DNA of 64,000 bases from Chthoniobacterales bacterium (GTDB lineage Bacteria; Verrucomicrobiota; Verrucomicrobiia; Chthoniobacterales; Chthoniobacteraceae): NCBI GenBank assembly GCA_038207335.1, contig JBBQZX010000012.1, forward strand, positions 72,646 to 136,645, written 5' to 3'. Shown piece after piece: positions 9,556-18,982 of this stretch; position 1 is the first letter of the stretch; the number at the start of each line of letters is the position of its first letter. The position numbers were made by a program, and so were the translations under genes. Under the pieces are notes generated by a model. It had not been told where the DNA came from. It made no database searches and saw only the letters and a program-made list of their open reading frames with translations.

Positions 9556-12500
9556 ATGAAAATTCTCCCCCTCCTCCTCGCGGCTCTACTGCCACTGTCC
9601 ACCTTTTCCGCGACGACGGATTCGTCCGATCCCGAGATAATGCAGGTTTCCGGAAAGCTCGTGACCGTTCGCGTTCCGAAGAAATTCGACCGAGTGACTC
9701 TGCAAATGCGCGTGTCACCGCCGAAGGGCCACGCCGCGACCGCCCCGGCTGCGCAGCCCGTGTGGAAGACGGTGTCGATTAAATTCATGGCGGGGAAGGC
9801 GCGGGACGTGGGCTTCAAGCTGCCGCAGCTAGTAGGTCGGCGGAATCTGCGGGTGATCGGCGAGCAAGCGGATGCGCTGTCGGGGGACTTGCTCACGGGC
9901 TTCACGCAATACGGGGCCGATCCGGTGGCGACTGCGGCGAATGGGATTGGCGTCGAGGGAGGAAACGGCTCGGCGCTCACCAACGTTTCAGGCTCGAAGG
10001 TGTTGAATTTTTCCACCGACTCCACCTCCGGAGCGGCCGCCTCCACGCGCGACGTGGTGGAGAGCGACATCTGGAAGCTGCAGGGCGACCGCCTCTGGTT
10101 TTTCAATGAGCGGCGCGGTTTGCAGGTTTTCGACGTGTCGCAGCCGGACGATCCCGCACTCCTCGGCACGCTGCGGATGCCCGCCGTCGGCGACGACATG
10201 TATGTCCTCGATGCCGACCACGCGGCGCTGCTGAAGCGCTCAAATACGTGGTTCCCGATCCTTTACCTCGATGGGGTCAACCCGGTCGGCACCTTCACGC
10301 TGGCCGCGGATGCGAGCCTTGTGAAAAGCGCTGCAATCACGCTGAGCCCGCAGCAGAAGGCCGCGCAGCCGAGCGAAGTCGTCCTCACCGAACTCCGCGA
10401 AGGCCACCCCGAAATCCTGGCACGCGTGCCCTTCACCGGCACGCTCCGCGAGAGCCGCATGGTCGGCAAAGTCCTCTACGTGGCCAGCGACGTTTATACG
10501 AATTGGACGGACACCGTGCCCGCGCAGTGGGGGCTGCAATTGACGTCCTTTGATCTGAGCGACCCCGCGCATCCCGTGCAGCGCGCGACGCTGAATCTCG
10601 GCGGCTGGGCCAATGCAGTTTACGCTACAGACCGTTACTTTTTCGCTGCAAAATGGAGCGGAAACACGGGCAGCAGTGTGGATATCATCGATATCTCCGA
10701 CGCGTCCGGCGCGATGACGCAGGCCGCGCAGGTGCAGGTGGAAGGAAACGTCGCGGATAAATTCAAGCTCCACATCGACGGGAACGTGCTGACCGTGGTG
10801 TCGGAAAAGTGGGTGTCCGCGACTGCCAATAATTCCGGGCAGACCACGACAGTCACGAAGGTGAACACCTTTTCCCTCGCCGAGGTTGCGAAACCCGCCG
10901 CGCTCGGCCATCTCGAACTCGCCCGCGGTGAGACGCTCTACGCCACGCGCTTCGACGGCTCGCGGCTGTATGTCGTGACGGCGACACGCGTGGCGAACCC
11001 GGTAGACCCACTCTGGATCGTCGATCTCTCCACGCCCGCAAATCCGAGGGTGCTCGGCGAGCTGGAAATCCCCGGCTTCTCCACCTACGTGGCCCCGCTC
11101 GGCGACCGCCTCGTCTCGATCGGTCTCGTGAACTGGCAGCCGGCCATCTCGCTCTTCGACGTATCGAATCCCGCCAAGCCTGCGCTGCTGACGCGCCTCT
11201 CGCTCGCGGCCGTGAACGGCTGGAGCTACACGGAGGCGACTTGGAGTGAAAAGGCGTTCAACGTTCTTCCCGAAGACAATCTGATTTTGCTCCCGCTGTC
11301 CGGGTACGACGAGACGAGCGGGGAGTCCAACGGAGTTCAAATCATCGATCTCTTCAGCGACAAACTCGTGAAGCGCGGCCTGATCCCCACCAGCCTCGCG
11401 CCGCGCCGCGCCACGCTGCACCGCGACCGCATCCTCTCGCTGTCGGCCACGCACCTCGTCTCGGTTGATGCGCGTGATCGCGACAAGCCGGTGGTGAAGG
11501 CGGATTTGGAAATCGCGTGGACGGTCGATCGGGTGTTTGCGGTCGGCGACTACCTAGTGGAAATCGGACGCGACGGCTGGAACGCGAACGACCCGACGAC
11601 TTTCAACGTCGCACTGGCAGCCAACCCGGATGCGAGCCTCGGTGCCGTGTCGCTGACGGGCGGATACGTCGTCGGCACCGCGCTCCGCGAGGGAGTGCTG
11701 CATGTCCTCCAATATCGCGGCTCGTGGGAAGCCGGCACCGGCAAAGCCTCCGCGACCCTCTCGACCATCGACGTATCGCGCCTCCCGGCGATCGTGATTT
11801 TGGGCGAAAAGAGCGTCCCGCTGCCAGACGATAGCTGGGACTGGAGCAACGAAGCCAAGGCGCTCTGGCCGCTGCCCACGACGCTCGTGTGGGGCCAGCA
11901 GCTCTACAGCGGCTCTTGGTGGAGAGCGCTGAGCGTGGCGACGAACGCGGCGAATCAGCAGGCGCAATGGTTCAGCTCCACGACCGAGCGGCTCGTGGCA
12001 TTCGACGTGACGCGGCCCGAGACGCCGCAGTTTGTCTCTACACAGGAAGTCGGCGCAAAGCGGGCGTGGGAGGTTTCGGAGCCCTTCGCCACCGAGGGGC
12101 TCATTTACATCAGCCACAAAGAGCTCGGCCGCGACCTGCTGCCGGACTCCTCGTGGCCCAACGCCGCACACGTCACCGCGCCAGTCGCAAACGATGCGCT
12201 GCGCAACCGGCACTTCCTGCAACTCCTCGAATACGGCGGCAGTAACGCGCAGCCCGTCATCCGCCCCGCGCAGACAAACATCCCGGGACGCCTCGTCGGC
12301 CTCGCGCAATCCGGCAAGCTGCTCCTGACACGCGGCCAAGGCTACGACCTCGGGACTTTCGCCCCGCAGCCCTCCTCCACCGTCCTGCACACCAGCGCCT
12401 TCGACGGCACCGACGCTCACCTGCTCGACATCCTGCCGCTCCCCGCCGCCGCCAGCCCCTTCACCCTCGCCGGCCACACGCTCTTCGTGCTGAAAGCAGA

Positions 12501-12963
12501 GCCCGCTCAGATTTGGAAACCCGGTCCGATCTCGATCGACGACCCGGCCGTCGATGCCCTGCCGCTCCGTTCCACCAGTGCCATTGCGAGCACGTCCGTT
12601 TTGATCAGCCGCATCGCACCCGGTTGGTGGTGGGGCAGCTACGCGATCAATCCAAACCTCAGCGAACTCCGCACCTACTCGATCACCCCCGAGGGAAAAT
12701 TTGCGCCACTCGGCACACTCGCCCTGAAACACGAAACCTCGGTCCACCTCTTCGGCGACCTCCTCGCCGCCCAAGACGACTTGCGCAGCGTACGCCTCAT
12801 CGACGTCTCACAACTCGACGCCCCCGCCGACCTCGGCGCACATCAATTCGACGGCTGGGTCTGGCCCAATCTCGAGGCCGCCGACGGCTCCCTCACCCGA
12901 GGCCTCTCAGTCCCGCTCGGCCAATACGGCATCGAAACAATCGCCCTCCCGCTCGTCCAGTAG
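9556..12963 (+). CDS. Secreted beta-propeller domain protein (Beta_propel family)
   Basis: Signal peptide MKILPLLLAALLPL; VVESDIWK; GETLYATRF; DPLWIVDLS.PANPRVLGELEIPGFSTY; repeated D.S.P..P blades. Confidence 0.85.
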   Translation: MKILPLLLAALLPLSTFSATTDSSDPEIMQVSGKLVTVRVPKKFDRVTLQMRVSPPKGHAATAPAAQPVWKTVSIKFMAGKARDVGFKLPQLVGRRNLRVIGEQADALSGDLLTGFTQYGADPVATAANGIGVEGGNGSALTNVSGSKVLNFSTDSTSGAAASTRDVVESDIWKLQGDRLWFFNERRGLQVFDVSQPDDPALLGTLRMPAVGDDMYVLDADHAALLKRSNTWFPILYLDGVNPVGTFTLAADASLVKSAAITLSPQQKAAQPSEVVLTELREGHPEILARVPFTGTLRESRMVGKVLYVASDVYTNWTDTVPAQWGLQLTSFDLSDPAHPVQRATLNLGGWANAVYATDRYFFAAKWSGNTGSSVDIIDISDASGAMTQAAQVQVEGNVADKFKLHIDGNVLTVVSEKWVSATANNSGQTTTVTKVNTFSLAEVAKPAALGHLELARGETLYATRFDGSRLYVVTATRVANPVDPLWIVDLSTPANPRVLGELEIPGFSTYVAPLGDRLVSIGLVNWQPAISLFDVSNPAKPALLTRLSLAAVNGWSYTEATWSEKAFNVLPEDNLILLPLSGYDETSGESNGVQIIDLFSDKLVKRGLIPTSLAPRRATLHRDRILSLSATHLVSVDARDRDKPVVKADLEIAWTVDRVFAVGDYLVEIGRDGWNANDPTTFNVALAANPDASLGAVSLTGGYVVGTALREGVLHVLQYRGSWEAGTGKASATLSTIDVSRLPAIVILGEKSVPLPDDSWDWSNEAKALWPLPTTLVWGQQLYSGSWWRALSVATNAANQQAQWFSSTTERLVAFDVTRPETPQFVSTQEVGAKRAWEVSEPFATEGLIYISHKELGRDLLPDSSWPNAAHVTAPVANDALRNRHFLQLLEYGGSNAQPVIRPAQTNIPGRLVGLAQSGKLLLTRGQGYDLGTFAPQPSSTVLHTSAFDGTDAHLLDILPLPAAASPFTLAGHTLFVLKAEPAQIWKPGPISIDDPAVDALPLRSTSAIASTSVLISRIAPGWWWGSYAINPNLSELRTYSITPEGKFAPLGTLALKHETSVHLFGDLLAAQDDLRSVRLIDVSQLDAPADLGAHQFDGWVWPNLEAADGSLTRGLSVPLGQYGIETIALPLVQ

Positions 12964-13050
12964 TCGGCTTCGTCATCTCGCGCCGCACCTCCGGTCGCGA
13001 TCCATGATCGCACCTAAGGCTACCGCTATCCTCGCCGCGTTTCCCCGCCT

Positions 13051-13458
13051 CTACCCCTTCGCGATCTTCTTCGACCGCCGGAACGCCTCCATCGACTTCT
13101 TCGAGTTCCCACCCTTCTCGTATAAAATCGCGAGATTCTGCCACGCATCCGTGAAGCTCGGGTCGAGCTTCACCGCCTCCTCGAACGCCGTGATCGCCTC
13201 CGGGTCTTTCCCAGCCTTCATGCAGAACTGCCCGCGCGTGTAGGCATCCGCCACCTTTTCCACCGTGTCGTCCTCCGGAAGCGCAGGCTCTACGCCGCGC
13301 GTCTTTGCCACCTCGCTCGGAGGCGGCGTCGGCAATCGGATGACTTCAGCTTTTTTCGCCAAAGCCAGCTCCACCGAAGTGCCGGGCGGCGTATGGACAC
13401 AGCTGCAGAGCGCGAGCCCGGCGGCGACGATGAAGATGCGGAAAAGCAAAGAAGGCAT
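13051..13458 (-). CDS. Tetratricopeptide repeat lipoprotein
   Basis: Lipobox-like LALCSC; TPR pattern EAITAFEEAVKLDPSFTDAWQNLAILYEKGG. Confidence 0.8.
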   Translation of the reverse strand: MPSLLFRIFIVAAGLALCSCVHTPPGTSVELALAKKAEVIRLPTPPPSEVAKTRGVEPALPEDDTVEKVADAYTRGQFCMKAGKDPEAITAFEEAVKLDPSFTDAWQNLAILYEKGGNSKKSMEAFRRSKKIAKG

Positions 13459-13561
13459 GCGGAAAAGTTTCTCATCATGCAATAGCACGCCGCCTGCCGT
13501 CGCGAAAGTTTCTTGCGCTCCACTCGACAGATTCCGTCCTCACCGCTCTATTTCCGCCCTC

Positions 13562-13789
13562 ATGCGCGGACGCAACGTCACGAAACCCTTTACCATCGCC
13601 GGCTTCATCCTCGGCGAGATCTACATGCTCTACGTCGTGCTCGCGCCCTACCAGAGCGGCGCGCCGGTCCCCCTCGTTGGTAAAATCTACCGCGTCCTCG
13701 GCGCATCGTTTTTCTTCGGCCCCTTCGGTGCCGCCATCGGTCTCGGCATCGGCCTCCTCGTCGGTGCGCTCCTCCGCCGCCGGGAGTAG
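13562..13789 (+). CDS. Small two-helix membrane protein, hypothetical
   Basis: 75 aa from ATG 13562; two hydrophobic segments; fills the gap between neighbouring genes. Confidence 0.6.
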   Translation: MRGRNVTKPFTIAGFILGEIYMLYVVLAPYQSGAPVPLVGKIYRVLGASFFFGPFGAAIGLGIGLLVGALLRRRE

Positions 13790-13803
13790 GCAGCAGCGAA
13801 TCC

Positions 13804-15981
13804 TCACGTCACCGCATCCGGCGCAAGGCCGAGTTGCGCCTTCATTCGCGCGATCTCCGATCGCATCTGCTCGCGCTTGGTTTGCATGGTGTTGACGTGC
13901 TGCTTCGTCCGCTCCAGCCCTGCGCGCGTCGCATCCAGCTCCGCTTTAAGCGACACCACCTCCCCCTCCGCTGCGCGCAACCGTTCCGCCGATTTCTCCG
14001 CTGCATCCTGCACCATCGATGCGCTCTCAGACACGGACGAGTTTCTAACGCGCAAATCTTTGAGCTGCTGCGCCGTCGCCGCCGCGGACGCTGTCAGACG
14101 TGCCGTTTCCGCCAGCGCGCGGTCGCGCTCCGCCACCTGCTCGGTCCGCTTTTGCTCCGAGTCCGCCGCTGCCTTTTCCGCCGCCTCGAGTTGCAGCCGC
14201 AACGTGTGCTCCGTTGTCTTTTGCCGCTCCGCCTCGGCCATCAGCTCTCGAATACGCACCTCACCCCCGCCAGTCTTCGACACCGTCTCGTCCCGCTCAA
14301 CTCGCATCATCTCGTAATTTTTCCGCGACGCCTCCGCCTGCGCGCGCGTCTCGTCGAGAGCGCTCTGCAACTCCGCCGCGCGCTCATTCGCCGCAGCCGC
14401 CTCGCCCCACAGCTTCGCCGCATCCGCGCGCGCATCCTCCTCCTTCGCGGCCAACTTCCCCTCCAACTCCTCCCGCAGCGCCTTCGCTGAGGCCGCCTCC
14501 ACCGTCATCGCATCCAGCTCCGCGCGCAGCGCCTTCAGCTCCGACTCCCCCTTTGCCACTTGATCCCCGAGCGATTTCGCCTCCTCGAACGCCCCCGCCA
14601 GCAGCGCCGCCTCCTGCTCGCGCGTTCCGCTCGCCTCCGCCGACGCCAGGCGCACACGGTCGAGTTCCACCTTGACCGCCGCCACCTCTCTCGCCGCCTT
14701 TTCCAGCTCCGCCTCCCGCTCGCCGATCTGCCTCCGCACCGTGTCCCGCTCGCCGCGCATCACCGCGAGATTTGCTTTCGTGTCGATCATCTGTGCGCGC
14801 AAATTTTTCATCTCCACCTCCAGCGTCGCGAGGGCTTTGCCCGCCGCAGGGTCATCCACGCGCCGCTGCAATTCCACGCGCTCGCGCTCCGACTTCGCAA
14901 AGCTCCCCGCCACCTCCACCAGCTTTTTGTTCGCCGCCTCGAGCGAATCTTTTGCCGAGGAAAGTTGATCGCCCAGTGCCTTCATTTCCGTCTCCGCGAG
15001 CTCGCGCCCCGCCTTCACCGCAGACGCATCCTCTCCGAGTTTCACAACTTGCACCTTCAGCTCATCACGCTCCTTTTCCGCCGACGTCTGCGCCGCTTTC
15101 GCCTTGCTCAACTCCACCGCTGCAGCCCCCTCGCTCGCCTTCACCGCAGCCGCATCCTCGCCGAGTTTCGCTACATGCACCTTCAACTCATCGCGCTCTT
15201 TTTCCGCCGCCGTCTGCGCTGCTTTCGCCTTGCTCACTTCCCCCGCTGCAGCCCCCTCGCTCGCCTTCACCGCAACCGCGTCCTCTCCGAGTTTCGCCAC
15301 TTGCGCCTTCAGCTCATCGCGCTCCTTTTCCGCAGCCGCGTGCTCCGCTTTCGCCTTGCTCAATTCCCCCGCAACCGTGCCGCTCGCCTTCACTTCGCTG
15401 TCCCATTTCGCTGCCGCGGCAGCCGCCAATTCCAGCTCCCCGCGCGTCTTCGCGAGCTGCGTGCGCGCCTCCTCCAAATCTTTTCGCAGAGCCGCTTCGG
15501 CGCTGCTCGCAGTCTCGAGCGACGCTACATTTTTTCCCAAAATCTCACGCTCCGAACTCACTCGCGCCAGCTCCGCACGCAAGCTTTCCATCGCGCTTCG
15601 CGCCTCGCTCAGTGCTGCCGCATCGGCATCTGCTTTCGCCGATTTTTCCTGCAGCGAGTCGCGCTCCCTTTCAGCCGCGTCGGACGAATTCTTGAGCGCG
15701 CCTGACTCCTCCGCAATCCGCTTCGCATCAGCCTTCAGCGCCGCCGACTCGGCCAGCACGACTGCCAGCTCCTTCTCCTTTTCCTCGATCTCCGCGCGCG
15801 CCGCTGCCAGCGCGGCATCCGCTTTTTTCGTGCTCTTCAGGACGTTCACCGGTGCGGTGTCATTCGGCGGAATCACGAGCGCACTCGCGCACGTCGGGCA
15901 GTCGATTTGCATGCCAGCGGCGGCTTCATCGACGCCGATTTTCGTCTGGCACTCGGGGCAGTAGAACTTGATGTCGGGCAT
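13804..15981 (-). CDS. Zinc-ribbon plus long coiled-coil protein
   Basis: MPDIKFYCPECQTKI..IDCPTCAS (two CxxC) followed by ~680 aa A/E/K/R-rich heptad sequence; start placed at ATG 15981 to avoid overlapping the HAD gene. Confidence 0.85.
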   Translation of the reverse strand: MPDIKFYCPECQTKIGVDEAAAGMQIDCPTCASALVIPPNDTAPVNVLKSTKKADAALAAARAEIEEKEKELAVVLAESAALKADAKRIAEESGALKNSSDAAERERDSLQEKSAKADADAAALSEARSAMESLRAELARVSSEREILGKNVASLETASSAEAALRKDLEEARTQLAKTRGELELAAAAAAKWDSEVKASGTVAGELSKAKAEHAAAEKERDELKAQVAKLGEDAVAVKASEGAAAGEVSKAKAAQTAAEKERDELKVHVAKLGEDAAAVKASEGAAAVELSKAKAAQTSAEKERDELKVQVVKLGEDASAVKAGRELAETEMKALGDQLSSAKDSLEAANKKLVEVAGSFAKSERERVELQRRVDDPAAGKALATLEVEMKNLRAQMIDTKANLAVMRGERDTVRRQIGEREAELEKAAREVAAVKVELDRVRLASAEASGTREQEAALLAGAFEEAKSLGDQVAKGESELKALRAELDAMTVEAASAKALREELEGKLAAKEEDARADAAKLWGEAAAANERAAELQSALDETRAQAEASRKNYEMMRVERDETVSKTGGGEVRIRELMAEAERQKTTEHTLRLQLEAAEKAAADSEQKRTEQVAERDRALAETARLTASAAATAQQLKDLRVRNSSVSESASMVQDAAEKSAERLRAAEGEVVSLKAELDATRAGLERTKQHVNTMQTKREQMRSEIARMKAQLGLAPDAVT
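15010..15366 (-). repeat. ~3 tandem 126 bp (42 aa) coding repeats
   Basis: GCCTTGCTCA recurs at 15101, 15227 and 15353; unit ELSKAKA....AEKERDELK..V.KLGEDA.AVKASEGAAA. Confidence 0.9.
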
Positions 15982-16110
15982 GTGCGGGAGAGGCGCCCGC
16001 GACTGCGGACACGCCCCGCCAATTACCACCGCAGCCCCGCGAGCGAAAGGACGATTTCCAACGCGCGCTTCCGCTTGCGCCACACCGCTTTCCCGGGCGA
16101 CGCTGCGCGC

Positions 16111-16758
16111 GTGTCCGCGCAAAATCCCACTCCACTCGTCCTCCCTCCCGGCCCGTTCGACGCCTACATTTTCGACTGCGACGGCACCCTCGCCGACACC
16201 ATGCCAACCCACTACAAAGCGTGGCAGATCGCCCTCGGCCCTCATGCCGACAGCTTTCCCGAGGCCATGTTTTACGAACTCGGCGGCGTCCCCACCTCCC
16301 GCGTCGTCGAGATCCTCAACGAGCGTCACGGCTTCGGCATGCCCGTCGGAGACACCGTCGATCGCAAGGAAGCGCTCTTCCTCGAAATGAGCGCGGAGGT
16401 CGCTGCCATCGAACCCGTAGTCGCTCTCGCGAAAAGTTTTGCCGGCGAGAAGCCGCTTGCCGTCGCCTCGGGCGGACACCGACGCATCGTGATGAAAACC
16501 CTGCGCGCGCTCGGCATCACCGACCTCTTCGACACGGTCGTCGCCTCCGAGGACTACGCGCGCGGAAAGCCCTTCCCGGATCCCTTTCTCGAGGCCGCGC
16601 GGCGCCTTGGCGTCGCGCCGGAAAAGTGCCTCGTCTTCGAGGACACTTCCACTGGCACCGCAGCCGCCGACGCTGCCGGAATGCAGTGGGTGCTCGTGCC
16701 GCCACCACCGCGCTCGTCCTCGATCTCGCCGCAGAAAATCGACCACAGGGACGAGTAG
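16111..16758 (+). CDS. HAD-family phosphatase (beta-PGM/YqaB-like)
   Basis: YIFDCDGTLADT motif I, VASGG, GKPFPDPFL, CLVFED; probable GTG start. Confidence 0.9.
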   Translation: MSAQNPTPLVLPPGPFDAYIFDCDGTLADTMPTHYKAWQIALGPHADSFPEAMFYELGGVPTSRVVEILNERHGFGMPVGDTVDRKEALFLEMSAEVAAIEPVVALAKSFAGEKPLAVASGGHRRIVMKTLRALGITDLFDTVVASEDYARGKPFPDPFLEAARRLGVAPEKCLVFEDTSTGTAAADAAGMQWVLVPPPPRSSSISPQKIDHRDE

Positions 16759-16782
16759 GAGCACGACGACGATCCGCAGGAC

Positions 16783-18966
16783 ATGCCCGCCGCCGACCTA
16801 TACGCGACGCTGAAGAAAACCTTCGGCTACGACACCTTCCGCCCGTTACAGGAGGAGATCATCCGCGACTCCCTTGCGGGCCGCGACGTGTTCGCACTGC
16901 TGCCGACCGGCGGGGGCAAATCGCTCTGCTTCCAGCTCCCAGCCTTGATCCGCGACGGATTGACCGTCGTCGTCTCGCCGCTCATCGCGCTGATGAAAGA
17001 CCAAGTCGATGCCATGCAGGCCAGCGGAGTCGCGGCCACTTTTCTCAATTCCACCCTCGGCGCCGACGAGTCGCGCAAGCGCCTCCGCGGCCTCTTCGCC
17101 GGCGAGTACCGCCTCCTCTACGCCGCGCCCGAGCGCCTCATGCTCGACGGCACACTCGACATGCTGCGGCAGTGGAATGTCGCGCAATTTGCCATCGACG
17201 AGGCGCACTGCATCAGCGAGTGGGGCCACGATTTCCGTCCCGAGTACCGGCAGCTCGCAAAGCTCCGCGGCGAGTTCCCGGGCGTGCCAGTCATGGCCCT
17301 CACCGCCACCGCCACGGAGCGCGTGCGCGCCGACATCGTGCGCCATTTGCACCTCGATTCCGCGCACCTCTACGTCGCGAGTTTCAACCGCCCAAACCTC
17401 ACTTACCGCGTCCTTCCAAAGTCCAAACCGTACGACCAGACGCTCGCATTCGTGCGCCAGCGGCGGCACGAATGCGGCATCGTTTATTGCGCCAGTCGCA
17501 AGGCCGCGGAGACCGTCGCGCAGCGGCTGAATGCCGATGGAATCAAGGCCGGTCCGTATCATGCCGGGCTCGACGACAAGACCCGCGCGCGCAATCAGGA
17601 GCTCTTTCTGCGCGACGAAATCCACGTCATCTGCGCGACCATCGCCTTCGGAATGGGCATCAACAAACCCAACGTTCGCTTCGTCATCCACTACGACCTG
17701 CCGAAGAACGTCGAGGGCTACTACCAGGAAACCGGACGTGCCGGTCGCGACGGATTGCCGAGCGAATGCCTCCTCCTTTTCAGCTCCGGCGACGTCGTGA
17801 AGCAGACCGCGTGGATCGATGAAAAGCCCGACCTTGAGGAGCAGCGAAAAGCCCGCGAGCAGCTCCAGCAAATGGTCCACTACGCCGAGTGCGCCGCCTG
17901 CCGCCGCGCGGAACTCCTCGACTACTTCGGCGAAAAGTGGCCCGCGCAAAACTGCGCCGGATGCGACAACTGCCTCGAGCCGCGCGAGACATTCGACGGC
18001 ACTCTCGCCGCGCAAAAATTCCTCTCATGCGTCTATCGACTGCGGCAGGCGTCGCGTTTCGGCGTCGGTTTGAATCACATCGTCGAAGTCCTCACCGGCG
18101 GCGCTTCGGAGAAAGTGATCAAGTGGGGGCACGACAAAATCTCGACCTACGGCATCGGCAAAGAGCACTCGCGCAGCGACTGGCAGGCGATCGGCCGCGA
18201 GATCATCCGCCTCGGATATTGCAGCCAGAGCACGGAGAAATTCAGCACACTCGAGCTCACGCAGGACGGGCTCGACGCGCTGCGTTCGCGGAAAAACATC
18301 ACGCTCACGCGCCCCATGCCCGTGCCCGACCGCACGCGCGAGCGCGGCTCGCGCGCCGGAGCGATCTCGTGCGACGAGGCGCTTTTCGAGAAACTCCGCA
18401 CACTGCGCAAACAATTCGCCGACGAGCGCGACGTGCCAGCCTACATCGTCTTTTCCGATGTCACGCTGCGGCTCATGGCGCGCGATTACCCGGCGACCGA
18501 CTCCGCATTTTCAAAGATCACCGGCATCGGCGAGCGCAAGCGCGCGGAGTTCGGCGAAGCTTTCCTCGCGGTCATTCGCGAGCATTTGGAAAATCATCCG
18601 CGCGCGGTATTCGCGACGGAACTCGAGACCTTTCACGGCCCGCCGCCGAAGAAAGTCGCCGCGCAGAACTCGCGCGAAAGCTGGCGGCTGTTCGCGGCCG
18701 GAAGTTCCTTTGCCGAAGTCGCGCGCGCCCGAGGTCTCACTGAAAGCACCATTGTGAAACACATCGCCGACGCCGTCGAAGCCGGCGAGTCGTTCGACCT
18801 CGGTACGATGTTCACGCTCGACGAGCAGGCGACGCTCTCCGCCGCCTTCGTGCAGCTCGGCGACTCCGCGCTCGGCCCGATCAAAGACGCCCTCGGCGAC
18901 CGCTTCGACTACAACCGCCTGCACCTCTTCCGCGCCGCCCTGCGCGCGATGAAGCAAGCGCGCTAG
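16783..18966 (+). CDS. recQ: ATP-dependent DNA helicase RecQ with RQC, HRDC and C-terminal HTH
   Basis: PTGGGKSLCFQLP, DEAHCISEWGHDFRP, ATIAFGMGI, YYQETGRAGRDG, CRR..CAGCDNC, VPAYIVFSD.TL. Confidence 0.97.
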   Translation: MPAADLYATLKKTFGYDTFRPLQEEIIRDSLAGRDVFALLPTGGGKSLCFQLPALIRDGLTVVVSPLIALMKDQVDAMQASGVAATFLNSTLGADESRKRLRGLFAGEYRLLYAAPERLMLDGTLDMLRQWNVAQFAIDEAHCISEWGHDFRPEYRQLAKLRGEFPGVPVMALTATATERVRADIVRHLHLDSAHLYVASFNRPNLTYRVLPKSKPYDQTLAFVRQRRHECGIVYCASRKAAETVAQRLNADGIKAGPYHAGLDDKTRARNQELFLRDEIHVICATIAFGMGINKPNVRFVIHYDLPKNVEGYYQETGRAGRDGLPSECLLLFSSGDVVKQTAWIDEKPDLEEQRKAREQLQQMVHYAECAACRRAELLDYFGEKWPAQNCAGCDNCLEPRETFDGTLAAQKFLSCVYRLRQASRFGVGLNHIVEVLTGGASEKVIKWGHDKISTYGIGKEHSRSDWQAIGREIIRLGYCSQSTEKFSTLELTQDGLDALRSRKNITLTRPMPVPDRTRERGSRAGAISCDEALFEKLRTLRKQFADERDVPAYIVFSDVTLRLMARDYPATDSAFSKITGIGERKRAEFGEAFLAVIREHLENHPRAVFATELETFHGPPPKKVAAQNSRESWRLFAAGSSFAEVARARGLTESTIVKHIADAVEAGESFDLGTMFTLDEQATLSAAFVQLGDSALGPIKDALGDRFDYNRLHLFRAALRAMKQAR

Positions 18967-18982
18967 CGCGGGGCGGGCGCGC

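Noticed and set aside
15010..15366. Regular repeats as a CRISPR array
   Set aside because: They are 126 bp in-frame coding repeats with no unique spacers and no cas genes.
15982..16764. N-terminal 261 aa extension of the 986 aa ORF
   Set aside because: It is antisense to the HAD phosphatase; the zinc-ribbon start at 15981 is more plausible.
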